From the NCBI GenBank assembly GCA_044377925.1, contig JBILYE010000001.1, positions 1-46,459 on the forward strand: a DNA stretch of 46,459 nucleotides, read 5' to 3'. The notes below the pieces were generated by a model. The model was not told the origin of the DNA. It saw only the letters and a list, made by a program, of their open reading frames with translations, and ran no database searches. Position numbers and translations under genes: made by a program. Origin of the DNA: Caulobacter sp. Its GTDB lineage: Bacteria > Pseudomonadota > Alphaproteobacteria > Caulobacterales > Caulobacteraceae. Of the stretch, positions 1 to 9,724 are shown in pieces. Numbering within the stretch: position 1 is the stretch's first letter; every line of letters starts with the position of its first letter.

Positions 1-1
1 C

Positions 2-355
2 CACGACCGCATAAAGATGTTTCACGTCAAGGACGCCGAGTTCCGGCCGACGGGCCGCCAGGGCGTCTACAGCGGCTACGCGCCCTGGAAGGAACGGGCC
101 GGACGGTTCCGGTCGCTGGGCGACGGCCAGATCGATTTCAAGGCCATATTCTCCAAGTTCGCCCAGTACGGATACAAGGGTTGGGCCGTGCTGGAGTGGG
201 AGTGCGCGCTGAAGGACCCGGTCGACGGGGCCCGCGAAGGCGCGCCCTTCATCCGCGACCACATCATCAAGGCCACTGGCAAGAGCTTCGATGACTTCCT
301 GGCCACCGGCGTCGACAAGGCGGCCAACCGCAGGATGCTCGGCCTTGACCGCTAG
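2..355 (+). CDS. Sugar phosphate isomerase/epimerase (xylose-isomerase-like TIM barrel), C-terminal part, truncated by window edge
   Basis: FHVKDAE...LGDGQIDF...GWAVLEWE motifs; frame is open back to the window start. Confidence 0.85.
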   Translation, partial: HDRIKMFHVKDAEFRPTGRQGVYSGYAPWKERAGRFRSLGDGQIDFKAIFSKFAQYGYKGWAVLEWECALKDPVDGAREGAPFIRDHIIKATGKSFDDFLATGVDKAANRRMLGLDR

Positions 356-1478
356 ACGGTTGAAGCTCGGCATGGTCGGCGGCGGCGACGGCGCCTTCAT
401 CGGCGGGGTTCACCGCATGGCCGCGAGGCTGGATGGTCGCTGGGACCTCATGGCCGGGGCGTTCAGCAGCGATACCGTCCGTTCGCGGGCGTTTGGCCGA
501 TCACTGGGACTGGCCGATGAACGCTGCTACGGCGACTGGAAGGAGATGGCGCAGGCCGAGGCCGCCCGGCCGGACCGTATCGACGCTGTCGCCATCGTGA
601 CGCCAAACCACCAGCATCACGGGCCCGCGAAGGCCTTCCTCGAGGCCGGCATCGCGGTCATCTGCGACAAGCCGCTGACCACCTCCTTGGCCGATGCGTT
701 GGACCTGGAGGCGACGGCGGGCGGCGCGGGCGTCCCCTTCGTCCTGACCCATAACTACAGCGGCTACGCCATGGTGCGTCAGATGCGGGTCATGGTGGCC
801 GATGGGCTGTTGGGGGCGATCCGGGTGGTGCAGGCCGAGTATGCTCAGGACTGGCTGGCGACGGATCAATCGGGCAACAAGCAGGCCGACTGGCGCGGCG
901 ATCCGGCCCGGGCCGGGGCTGGCGGCGCCCTGGGGGACATCGCCACCCACGCCTACCACCTGACCAGCTTCGTCACCGGCGAGGCAGCTCAGGCCGTCAG
1001 CGCCGAGACCTCGCGGTTCGTGCCCGGCCGGCGCCTCGACGACGACGTGCAGATCCGCCTGCGCTGGGCCAGCGGCGCGCGCGGCCAGCTCTGGGCCAGC
1101 CAGGTGGCGATCGGCGTCGCCAATGGTCTGCGCCTGAGGATCTACGGGGAGACAGCGGCGCTGGAATGGGCGCAGGAAGAGCCGGACCTGCTGCGCTTCG
1201 CGCGGCTTGGCGAGCCGCCTCAACTTCTCCGACGCGGCGGGCCGGGCCTGTCATCGGCGGCAGAGGGGGCGACGCGCATCCCGGCCGGGCATCCCGAAGG
1301 CTATCTCGAAGGCTTCGCTCAGATCTACGCCGACGCCGCCGACCTCATCGGCGGCGGCTCCGCCCCGATGCTGCCCGGCATCAAGGATGGCGTCGATGGC
1401 CTGCGCTTCATCGAGGCGGCCGTGGCCAGCGCGGCGGCGGACGGGCGCTGGGTCGCCCTCAATGGCGGAGCGGACTGA
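345..1478 (+). CDS. Gfo/Idh/MocA family NAD-dependent oxidoreductase
   Basis: LKLGMVGGG Rossmann start, IVTPNHQH, ICDKP, GDIATH. Start moved to in-frame TTG at 345, overlapping the upstream stop. Confidence 0.9.
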   Translation: MTARRLKLGMVGGGDGAFIGGVHRMAARLDGRWDLMAGAFSSDTVRSRAFGRSLGLADERCYGDWKEMAQAEAARPDRIDAVAIVTPNHQHHGPAKAFLEAGIAVICDKPLTTSLADALDLEATAGGAGVPFVLTHNYSGYAMVRQMRVMVADGLLGAIRVVQAEYAQDWLATDQSGNKQADWRGDPARAGAGGALGDIATHAYHLTSFVTGEAAQAVSAETSRFVPGRRLDDDVQIRLRWASGARGQLWASQVAIGVANGLRLRIYGETAALEWAQEEPDLLRFARLGEPPQLLRRGGPGLSSAAEGATRIPAGHPEGYLEGFAQIYADAADLIGGGSAPMLPGIKDGVDGLRFIEAAVASAAADGRWVALNGGAD

Positions 1479-2236
1479 TGCGGCAGAGCTTTGCCTGGTG
1501 GTCCTTCACCCTGGGGCGCGAGATGGACCCGGCAGCCTTCCTGGCGGCGGCGGCGGCGGTCGGCGCCAAGGGCGTCGAGATGCTGCCCGAGGATCTCTGG
1601 CCGGTGGCGCAGGACCTCGGCCTCACGGTCGTCACCCTGACCGGCCACAAGCTGGAAGAAGGCTTCAACGACCCGGCCCGCCATCCTGCCCTGCAGACCG
1701 AGGTGCGCCGGAACATTGATGCCGCCGCCAAAGGCGGCTGCGAGCAGGTGATCGTCTTCGCCGGCAACCGCTTCGGCGATGGCGATGACGACCGCGCCAT
1801 CGCAGCCTGCGTCGAGGGGCTCGCGCCGGTGGTCGCTCACGCGGAAGCGGCCGGCGTGCAGCTCCTCATGGAGCTCCTGAACAGCAAGGTCGATCACCCC
1901 GGCCAGCAGTGCGACCGCACCGCCTTCGGCGCCGCCGTGGCGCGCGGGCTCGGCTCGCCGGCGCTGAAGCTGCTCTACGACGGCTATCACATGCAGCTGA
2001 TGGAGGGAGACCTCTCCCGCACCATCAAGGCCAACCTCGACATCATCGGCCACATCCACACCGCCGGCGCGCCTGGCCGGCGCGACCTGGACGACCGTCA
2101 GGAGATCAACTGGCGCGGCTTGGCGGGGATGCTGAAGCATCAGGGCTACGACCGCTGGGTCGGGCACGAGTTCATTCCGCGCGGCGAACCGATCGCCGCG
2201 CTCAAGCAGGCGATAGACCTGTTCAATCAAGCCTGA
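1478..2236 (+). CDS. Hydroxypyruvate isomerase-like TIM-barrel protein
   Basis: MELLNSKVDHPG, LLYDGYHMQLMEG, HIHTAGAPGR, GHEFIP. ATG at 1478 overlaps the upstream TGA (TGATG). Confidence 0.85.
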   Translation: MRQSFAWWSFTLGREMDPAAFLAAAAAVGAKGVEMLPEDLWPVAQDLGLTVVTLTGHKLEEGFNDPARHPALQTEVRRNIDAAAKGGCEQVIVFAGNRFGDGDDDRAIAACVEGLAPVVAHAEAAGVQLLMELLNSKVDHPGQQCDRTAFGAAVARGLGSPALKLLYDGYHMQLMEGDLSRTIKANLDIIGHIHTAGAPGRRDLDDRQEINWRGLAGMLKHQGYDRWVGHEFIPRGEPIAALKQAIDLFNQA

Positions 2237-2246
2237 GGGGGATGCG

Positions 2247-3929
2247 ATGGCGTTCGACGCAATAGTCGTGGGGTCGGGGATCAGTGGCGGCTGGGTCGCC
2301 AAGGAGCTGTGCCAGCGCGGCCTGAAGGTGCTGATGCTGGAACGCGGACCGGACATCGAGCACGGCGGGCCGGACTACAGCAAGGACACGGCCCTGAAGC
2401 TGCGGCCCAGCCAGGACCAGATCCCGGACGAGGACAAGCGGCTGCACTATCCCTACTACGAGGGGGTCTCGTACGCCCTGTTCAACTCCAACCGGAAGTT
2501 CTGGGCCAGCGACCACGACTATCCCTACGAGACGGTCCCCGGAAAGCCCTACCGCTGGATCCGCGGCTATCAGCTGGGCGGCCGGTCCCTGACCTGGGGG
2601 CGGCAGTCCTATCGCTGGGCGCCGCAGGACTTCGAATCCAACCTGAAGGACGGCCACGGCGTCGACTGGCCGATCCGCTATGAGGATCTCGCGCCCTGGT
2701 ACGACCATGTCGAGGCCTTCGCCGGGATCAGCGGCAACTATGACGAGGTCCCGCAGTTGCCCGACGGCGACTTCCTTCCCCCCTTCCCGTTCAACTGCGT
2801 CGAGGAGGTGGTCAGGGACCGGATCGAGGAGGCCTTCCCGACCCGGCGGATGATCATGGGCCGGACGGCCAACCTCAGCCGCGTGGCAAAGCCGCAGATG
2901 GATGTCGGCCGCAAGAAGTGCGAGCAGCACGTCAAATGCCATCACGGCTGCCAGATCGGCAGCTACTTCTCCTCCCAGGCCGCCACCCTGCCGGCGGCCA
3001 AAGCGACCGGCAACCTGACCATCGTCACCGACGCCATCGTCGAAAGCGTGACCCATGATCCGGCGACGAAACGGGCCACCGGCGTTCGGGCCATCAACCG
3101 GCTGACCAAGCAGGGCGTCACCTATGAGGCGCGCCTGGTCTTCCTCAACGCCTCGGCGATCAACACCGCCGCCCTGCTGCTGAACTCCCGCTCCGACGCG
3201 TTCCCGCGCGGTCTGGCCAACGGCAGCGACCAGGTTGGTCGCAACCTGATGGACCACGTCAGCTGCAAACAGGTCGTCGGCACCTTCCCCGGCTTCGAGG
3301 ACCAACCCTGGCAGGATGACCGGCCGACCGGCATCTATGTCCCGCGCTATGGCAACATCACCGAGGACGAGAAGCCCTACCTGCGCGGCTTCGGCATGCA
3401 GGGCGGGGCGCGCAAGGTTAGGCGCGAGGGCGGCGAGCTCGACGCCTCCGGCCGGCCCAAGAAGGTCTGGGCCATGTACCTTGGGCCGTTCGGCGAGGTG
3501 CTGCCCAACACCAACAACCGGGTCACCCTGACGACCTCCCGCGTTGACAGCTGGGGCATCCCCCTGCCGGTCATCGACTGCGAGCACGGACCCAACGAGG
3601 CCGCGATGATGATGGACGCGGCGCGCGACTGCGCCGCCATGCTGGCCGCCGCAGGCTGCACCGACATCACGCCGTGGGAAGAGGCCGGCGCCTACCTCAC
3701 CCCGCCGGGCGACCGCATCCATGAGATGGGCACCGCGCGCATGGGCCGCGATCCCGCAACCTCGGTGTTCAACAGCTGGGGCCAGGCGCATGAGATCGCC
3801 AATCTGTTCTGTTCGGACGGGGCGGTGATGGCCTCCAGCGCTTCGATGAACCCGTCGCTCACCTACATGGCGCTGTCGGCCCGAACCGCCAACCACGCCG
3901 CCGACCTGCTCGAACAAGGAGCCCTGTGA
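2247..3929 (+). CDS. GMC family FAD oxidoreductase (glycoside 3-dehydrogenase-like large subunit)
   Basis: VVGSGISGG FAD motif, LGGRSLTW, GRNLMDH, IHEMGTARMG, NPSLTYMAL. Confidence 0.9.
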   Translation: MAFDAIVVGSGISGGWVAKELCQRGLKVLMLERGPDIEHGGPDYSKDTALKLRPSQDQIPDEDKRLHYPYYEGVSYALFNSNRKFWASDHDYPYETVPGKPYRWIRGYQLGGRSLTWGRQSYRWAPQDFESNLKDGHGVDWPIRYEDLAPWYDHVEAFAGISGNYDEVPQLPDGDFLPPFPFNCVEEVVRDRIEEAFPTRRMIMGRTANLSRVAKPQMDVGRKKCEQHVKCHHGCQIGSYFSSQAATLPAAKATGNLTIVTDAIVESVTHDPATKRATGVRAINRLTKQGVTYEARLVFLNASAINTAALLLNSRSDAFPRGLANGSDQVGRNLMDHVSCKQVVGTFPGFEDQPWQDDRPTGIYVPRYGNITEDEKPYLRGFGMQGGARKVRREGGELDASGRPKKVWAMYLGPFGEVLPNTNNRVTLTTSRVDSWGIPLPVIDCEHGPNEAAMMMDAARDCAAMLAAAGCTDITPWEEAGAYLTPPGDRIHEMGTARMGRDPATSVFNSWGQAHEIANLFCSDGAVMASSASMNPSLTYMALSARTANHAADLLEQGAL

Positions 3930-4654
3930 TGAAACCCGTCGGCCTCCAGCTCTACACCCTGCGCAAACCCTTCGCCGAAGACCCGATCGGCACGCTTGAG
4001 CGCATCAAGGCCAGCGGCTACGACGAGGTGGAGTTCGCCGCGCCGCTGGACATGGACTTCGTCCCGCTGGCCGCCCGGATGGGCGAGATCGAGCTCGACT
4101 GCCCTTCGGTCCATATCGGTCTCCCCGACATGACCGATCGTCCCGAGCGGGTGTTGGAGGTCGCAAAGACCCTGGGCTGTCGCTTCATCGTCATGCCTTT
4201 CGTCGATCCGAACACGGCTGACTGGCCCGTCGTCGTCGGCCAGATCGAAACCTTCGCCCGGCAAGCGGCCGGCGAGGGATTCACCACCTGCTATCACCAC
4301 CATCACTTCGAGTTCGACACCTCGAAAGGAACCCGGCCCTTTGACATCCTGCTGACGGCCGACCCGGCGCTCGTCTTCTTCGAACTCGATGTCTACTGGC
4401 TGAAGACCGGCGGCGAAGACCCCGTAACAATGATCGACAGGCTCGCCGGCCGTGTGAAGCTGCTCCACCTGAAGGACGCCCTGCCCGACGGCGCGATGAC
4501 CGACGTCGGCGCCGGCACGCTCGATTTCCCCGCCATCATCGCCGCCGGCCGCGCCGCCGGCGTCGAGCATTTCTTCGTCGAGCATGACGTGCCGCCGAAG
4601 CCCTACTGGCCGAGTGTCGAAAACAGCGTCAACTACCTCAGGGCGCTGGCATAG
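3926..4654 (+). CDS. Sugar phosphate isomerase/epimerase (TIM barrel)
   Basis: GLQLYTLR, YHHHHFEF, ELDVYW, HLKD, FVEHD; GTGA overlap with the GMC gene. Confidence 0.85.
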   Translation: MMKPVGLQLYTLRKPFAEDPIGTLERIKASGYDEVEFAAPLDMDFVPLAARMGEIELDCPSVHIGLPDMTDRPERVLEVAKTLGCRFIVMPFVDPNTADWPVVVGQIETFARQAAGEGFTTCYHHHHFEFDTSKGTRPFDILLTADPALVFFELDVYWLKTGGEDPVTMIDRLAGRVKLLHLKDALPDGAMTDVGAGTLDFPAIIAAGRAAGVEHFFVEHDVPPKPYWPSVENSVNYLRALA

Positions 4655-4713
4655 ATTGACGCCGTCCGCCGCCTCCCGCACGATGGCTCAAACAATCGTT
4701 CGGGAGACGCGAC

Positions 4714-5304
4714 ATGGCTGACGGTGAACACGGGCATGAAGCGCAGGCCAAGTTCCACGCCATGGTCGATGGCACCCAGGAAGATTGGCTGAACATCTCA
4801 AGGGCCGCCGCCGAGTTCGGGCGCGGTCTGCCCGAGCGGATCATCGCCCACCTGAAGCTGCTGGAAGGCGACTGCGGCGGCTTCGCCATCGACCGGCTGG
4901 AGCACAGCCTGCAGACCGCGACCCGCGCCCACCAGGCGGGCATGGACGAGGAGTACGTCGTCTGCGCCCTCCTCCACGACATCGGCGACACCCTCGGCCC
5001 GCGCAATCACGCTGACGTCGCCGCCGCCATCATCCAGCCCTTCGTCTCGGAGCGGAACCACTGGATGGTCGCCAACCACGCCATCTTCCAGGGCTACTAC
5101 TTCTTCCACCACCTGGGCCTGGACCGGAACATGCGCGACCAGTTCCGCGGCCATCCTGACTTCGAATACACCGCCCAGTTCTGCCACCTGTTCGATCAGG
5201 AGGCGTTCGATCCCAATTTCAAGTCGATGCCGCTGGACGCCTTCACGCCCATGCTGCAACGGGTGATGATGACCCCCAAGCGCTCCATCTACCTGCGCGA
5301 ATAG
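4714..5304 (+). CDS. HD-domain metalloprotein, PhnZ/MIOX-like clade
   Basis: EHSLQTA...ALLHDIGD...NHA...NHA...FDQ gives the H-HD-H-H-D ligand set; GGGAG RBS. Confidence 0.8.
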   Translation: MADGEHGHEAQAKFHAMVDGTQEDWLNISRAAAEFGRGLPERIIAHLKLLEGDCGGFAIDRLEHSLQTATRAHQAGMDEEYVVCALLHDIGDTLGPRNHADVAAAIIQPFVSERNHWMVANHAIFQGYYFFHHLGLDRNMRDQFRGHPDFEYTAQFCHLFDQEAFDPNFKSMPLDAFTPMLQRVMMTPKRSIYLRE

Positions 5305-5371
5305 GTGGCCTGACCTCGCATACCCATGTTAGGCACACTCTCCGAGGAACCCGTCAGGGAAGAGTAGAGTC

Positions 5372-7207
5372 GTGTTCGATAGCGTAGAGACCGCGCCATC
5401 CATGCTCGACCGGTTCGCCGCCGGTGACATCAGCATGGCGGCGATCGACAGCTGGCACCTATTGCACACCACCGCCGATCGGGACCCCGAAGCCTTGGCC
5501 GAGGCGCTGCAGATGGCCGCGGTCATCAATGCCTCGGCCTTTACCAGCCTGGCGCCGCGGGCCGGGTTCGGCATGGCCGTTGTCGGCCTCGACCACCGTT
5601 GCCATCACGCCGACAGCCGGTTCCGCGACTGGTTCGGCAATCCCGGCGACAGCCCCGCCCTTCGCCGACTGGCGCATCAGGCAGCGCGACAGGGGCAGGC
5701 CTCCGGACTGGTGGACGACCTGGAGGGCGTCGCCATGGCCGCCTGCGCCGCCGGTCCGGAGATGATCGCCAACTGGCCGGTGCCGGCCGACGTGCGCGAC
5801 ATCGCCCAGGCCGGGGCCAGGCGGATCGTGCTGATCTGCTTTGCCCCCTCACGCGACAAGTCCCTCGCCCTCGAGGCGGCCGGCATGCTGGGGCTGACCC
5901 CGCTGGAGTCCCGGCTGGCCGAGGCCATGCTGGATGCCCCCACCGTACAGGTCGCCGCCGAGCGGATTGGTGTCGGCTACGAGACCGCCCGCGAGGCGCT
6001 GGGCAAGATCAAGAAGCGGCTTGGGGTGAAGCGGACCAGCGATATCGTCCGTAGGCTGATGACCCTGATGTGCGGCGACATTTTCCTCGAGCCGGACCTC
6101 AAGCCGCTGATGGCCAAGGTGCTGGGGGCCACGCCGGCCGAAGCCCGGGTCGGGGCCCTGACCGCCGAGGGGCTGAGCGCGCCCGAGATCGCCGAAAAGC
6201 TGGGCGTCCGGGAGGCGACCATCCGGGGCCAGCTGAAGGCCCTCTACGCCAAGGCCGGGGTCGGCAGGGCGCGGGATCTGGTGCGCATTGTCACCGAGGC
6301 CGGCGCCCTGGTGACCATGACCCATGGGGCCGAGACGGCGCTGCAGCCGGAAAGCGTGTCCGGCCGCCTGCGGGTCATCCAGACCAGGGACGAGCGCCAG
6401 GCCGCCTTCTGGGACTATGGCCCGCGCGGCTCGCGTCCGATCCTCGTCCTGCACGGCTCGATCACCGGCCGCACCCTGCCGCCGGCCTTCGTGGCCATGA
6501 TGCACGCCAGGGGCTGGCGCCCGATCGTGCCGCAGCGGCCGGGTTTCGGCCTGTCCGATACCCATACCGGTGACTACCTGACCGCCTGCGCCGACGACAT
6601 GGCCGCCATCCTGGAATCCCTCCGCCTGAGCCAGGTGCGGATCGCGGCGCGAGATGACGGGGTCGGGGCGGCCCTGGCTTTCGCGGAGCGGTATCCGCAA
6701 TTGGTCGCCGACGGGGTGCTGCTGCGTCCCAGCGGATCAGGGGCCGGGCGGGTACGGGCGGCCAACACGGTCACCGGGGCGGTAAAGCGACTGTTCTTCA
6801 CCCAGCCCGACCTGATCAACCTGATCACCGAACTGATGCGGCGCCAGAACAGCACCAGGCTGCTGCGGGAAACCATCCTGCGGTCGGCGCACCATATCGA
6901 GGCCGACCGGCGGATTGTCGAGGAGCCCACGGTGCTGACCAGCCTGATCCGGGACTGCCAGGCCATGTCGGCCCGCAGCGCCCGAGGTTTCGCCGTCGAA
7001 CAGGCCCTCTATGCGCGCGGCTGGACCGTGCCGAGGGTGGTCGGCGGCGCGGCCTGGCGGGTCATCGACTTTCCGGAAATGCCGATGGCCGGCCTCGACG
7101 AGGTGTTCGGTCACCTGCCCGGTGTCAGCTTCGGGGAACTGCCCGGCGCCGGACTGTTCCCCAACTATTCCCACCCTGACCAGCTGGCCGGGCTGCTGAC
7201 GTTCTAG
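5372..7207 (+). CDS. LuxR-type double-HTH regulator fused to an alpha/beta-hydrolase-fold domain
   Basis: LTPLESRLA...AAERIGVGYETAR and ATPAEARV...EIAEKLGVREATIRGQLKALYAK HTHs; DYGP..PILVLHG and QRPGFGLSD hydrolase motifs. Confidence 0.8.
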   Translation: MFDSVETAPSMLDRFAAGDISMAAIDSWHLLHTTADRDPEALAEALQMAAVINASAFTSLAPRAGFGMAVVGLDHRCHHADSRFRDWFGNPGDSPALRRLAHQAARQGQASGLVDDLEGVAMAACAAGPEMIANWPVPADVRDIAQAGARRIVLICFAPSRDKSLALEAAGMLGLTPLESRLAEAMLDAPTVQVAAERIGVGYETAREALGKIKKRLGVKRTSDIVRRLMTLMCGDIFLEPDLKPLMAKVLGATPAEARVGALTAEGLSAPEIAEKLGVREATIRGQLKALYAKAGVGRARDLVRIVTEAGALVTMTHGAETALQPESVSGRLRVIQTRDERQAAFWDYGPRGSRPILVLHGSITGRTLPPAFVAMMHARGWRPIVPQRPGFGLSDTHTGDYLTACADDMAAILESLRLSQVRIAARDDGVGAALAFAERYPQLVADGVLLRPSGSGAGRVRAANTVTGAVKRLFFTQPDLINLITELMRRQNSTRLLRETILRSAHHIEADRRIVEEPTVLTSLIRDCQAMSARSARGFAVEQALYARGWTVPRVVGGAAWRVIDFPEMPMAGLDEVFGHLPGVSFGELPGAGLFPNYSHPDQLAGLLTF

Positions 7208-7216
7208 CGGTCTATC

Positions 7217-8131
7217 CTAGTAGCGGCTGGCCTTGACGCCCTTCCTGGCGAGGAGGTTCTGCACGCTGTCGGGGCCAACCAGGTGAGCCGAGCCGACCGA
7301 GACGAAGCTGACGCCGCTGCCTTCCAGGCGTTCGGCCAGAACCTTGGCCCAGGCGGCGTTCCGGTCGACCAGCAGCACCTTGTAGAGATCCGGGTACTTG
7401 CTCTTCATGTCGACGATCAGGTCGGCCTCCAGGGCCGCGGTATCGCCGACCGCCCAGTGCGCGACCAGGCCGTCCAGCATGGCGCTGCTCTCGTCCAGTT
7501 CGTCGATGCTGCTCATCAGGAACTCGGCCTGCACTTCCGGCGACAGGCTGTCGAAGAAGCGCAGCTGCTGTTCGGCGGTCTCGAAGGCCTTGAGCGGCTT
7601 GTTGGCCTTCTCGCCTTCCTTCTTGACGACGCTGTCGACGCCCGAGTTGGGGTCGAAGCCGCCCTTCATCATGGTCAGCACCGACAGGGTGACGCTGGCC
7701 ATCCACGGCTTCATCGAATCCATCGCCTCGACCGGAAAGCCGACCTTCTCGGCCGCGCCCTTGAGGCGGGCGAACTGCTCAGGCGTCAGCTTTTTGGACA
7801 GCGGGTTGGCCTGGTCCATGCCAAGGCTCATGACCAGCGACTGCATTTTGGCGGCGTCGTCGCCGTCGGTGATCTCGAACCACAGCTCATCGGCGGAAGC
7901 CAGGGCGGCCTCGAACTTCGGGGTCCGCCACTGGGTGTCAGGCTTCAGCAGATGGACCGTGCCGAACAGGTAGATGGTCGAGTCCGCGTCACGGATGACC
8001 CACATCGCGGGACCCTTTGCTTCGGGCGCGACGGACGCGGGCGGTGAGTTGTTGACGCTCGAGCAGGCCACGCCCAGCAGGGCGAAGGCGCTGACGGCGA
8101 GGAGCTTGGTCTTCCGAAGAGACTTGAACAT
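7217..8131 (-). CDS. TraB/GumN (Tiki-like) family lipoprotein
   Basis: Lipobox LGVAC, YLFGTVH, GVD, FETAEQQL, RN..W, VGSAHL. Confidence 0.88.
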   Translation of the reverse strand: MFKSLRKTKLLAVSAFALLGVACSSVNNSPPASVAPEAKGPAMWVIRDADSTIYLFGTVHLLKPDTQWRTPKFEAALASADELWFEITDGDDAAKMQSLVMSLGMDQANPLSKKLTPEQFARLKGAAEKVGFPVEAMDSMKPWMASVTLSVLTMMKGGFDPNSGVDSVVKKEGEKANKPLKAFETAEQQLRFFDSLSPEVQAEFLMSSIDELDESSAMLDGLVAHWAVGDTAALEADLIVDMKSKYPDLYKVLLVDRNAAWAKVLAERLEGSGVSFVSVGSAHLVGPDSVQNLLARKGVKASRY

Positions 8132-8161
8132 GATGCAATCCACTCTGTTTGGGTTTGAGGC

Positions 8162-9031
8162 TTATTTCAGGAAGGTCTCGACCTGGCGGAGGAAGGCCTC
8201 CGGCTGGTCGATCATGATGAAGTGCAGGGCGCCGTCGATCTCGACGACTTTCACGCCCTTCAGCCCGGCGTAATTGTCCTTGTACAGACCGCCGACGAAG
8301 TTGCCGAGGAAGCCCATGCTGGGGTCCTTGGCGTAGAGAACGGTGACCGGCGTCTGGATCTCGCCGAGCTCACCACGCAGGTCCGAGGTCATGACCTCGT
8401 AGGTCACCTGGCCGACCACCTGGCGGTCGCTGGCCATGGACCAGGCCACCGCGTCCTTGCGGCCCTGCTCGTCCTTGACCAGGTTCTTCATGGTCCGGGT
8501 CTGGGTCGCCAGCATGTCAGCGTCGGTCATGGTCGTGAAGCTGCTCCGCACCTGAGCGGCCATCGGCTCGGCCGCCTTGGCGTCCGGCGCATTGATCAGC
8601 ACACTGAAGAACGGCAAGGCGTCGACGATCATCAGCCGGCCCAGGCTGTCCGGATGCCGGCGGGCCAGGGCCAGGCCCGTAAAGCCGCCCATCGAATGGC
8701 CGATGACAGCCGGTCGGTCGAGCTTGCTGTTGGCGATATAGACCGCCAGTTCCTCGACGATGCCATCGACAATCGGCCCCTGGGCATTGGCCTCGGCCGG
8801 ACTGCCGGCGAAGCCGTTCACCTGAACGATGTGCAGCCTGTAGCGGCCTTCGAGGGCCTTTGCTGTCGGCTCCCAGACAGCGCGGCTGGAGGCCAGGCCC
8901 GGGATCAGGATGACGTCGGGCCCCTTGCCGCGCACCTCGATGGTGAAGCGGGTCGTCGGGGCGGCGTGCGCCAGGCCGGGGGCCAGGAAGGCCAGGAAGA
9001 GAGCGAACAGGCGCACGGTCTTGAGCAGCAT
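8162..9031 (-). CDS. Exported alpha/beta hydrolase
   Basis: Signal peptide ending AHA, IPGLAS, GHSMGG nucleophile elbow, ALHFIM catalytic His. Confidence 0.9.
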   Translation of the reverse strand: MLLKTVRLFALFLAFLAPGLAHAAPTTRFTIEVRGKGPDVILIPGLASSRAVWEPTAKALEGRYRLHIVQVNGFAGSPAEANAQGPIVDGIVEELAVYIANSKLDRPAVIGHSMGGFTGLALARRHPDSLGRLMIVDALPFFSVLINAPDAKAAEPMAAQVRSSFTTMTDADMLATQTRTMKNLVKDEQGRKDAVAWSMASDRQVVGQVTYEVMTSDLRGELGEIQTPVTVLYAKDPSMGFLGNFVGGLYKDNYAGLKGVKVVEIDGALHFIMIDQPEAFLRQVETFLK

Positions 9032-9064
9032 GGCGGGGAAATCCTACGCAGGGATGTCGAAAGG

Positions 9065-9724
9065 TCAGGTCAGGCCGCGGCGCATCGACATCGCCGAGGA
9101 AACGATCAGATAGAAGCCCATCATGAGGGTCATCATGTCCCAGGCCGACAGGGCGGGCGCGATGTTCAGCTTTTCCGCCGCCGCCCACAGGAACAGCAGC
9201 CCCTGCAGAACCCAGAAGCAGACCGCGCCTGTCTGGGAGATCGTCTGGCGCATCAGTTCGTCAGCCCGTCGCCAGACCAGCAGGTTGTAGGCCGTCTGGG
9301 CCAGGAAGGCGGCGACGATTGCCAGCATGACCGCGGAGGCGATGGGGAAAGGCAGCGGGTCGAAGAGCATGACCGCCACGACCGGCGCGGCCATCATCGC
9401 CCCGGCGAGAAACAGCACCAGGCCTTGCTGCCGATAGAAGGACGCCTGCCCGGCCGTCGCCGGCCGCTCGCCTTCCGGATCCATCATCCGGCCGGCGGCG
9501 CGGCGGTTGAGGCTGACGATGCCGATGATCAGGCCGAGCGCCATCAGGGCGACGGCGATGACCGCGGCGGCCTCGTCGGACCAGCTCATCGACGAGACAT
9601 CGATGACGCCGGACTTCATGAGCTTGCCGACGGCGAACCCCAGGGCTCCGCCGAAGACGAGGCCAAGGCAAACCAGGATGCTCCGCACGGTGAGGCTGCG
9701 GGAGGACGCTGCTGAAGAGGTCAT
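9065..9724 (-). CDS. Integral membrane protein (about 6 TM) with a DE motif
   Basis: Hydrophobic segments, WRRADELMR; ATGA overlap with the XRE gene. Confidence 0.75.
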   Translation of the reverse strand: MTSSAASSRSLTVRSILVCLGLVFGGALGFAVGKLMKSGVIDVSSMSWSDEAAAVIAVALMALGLIIGIVSLNRRAAGRMMDPEGERPATAGQASFYRQQGLVLFLAGAMMAAPVVAVMLFDPLPFPIASAVMLAIVAAFLAQTAYNLLVWRRADELMRQTISQTGAVCFWVLQGLLFLWAAAEKLNIAPALSAWDMMTLMMGFYLIVSSAMSMRRGLT

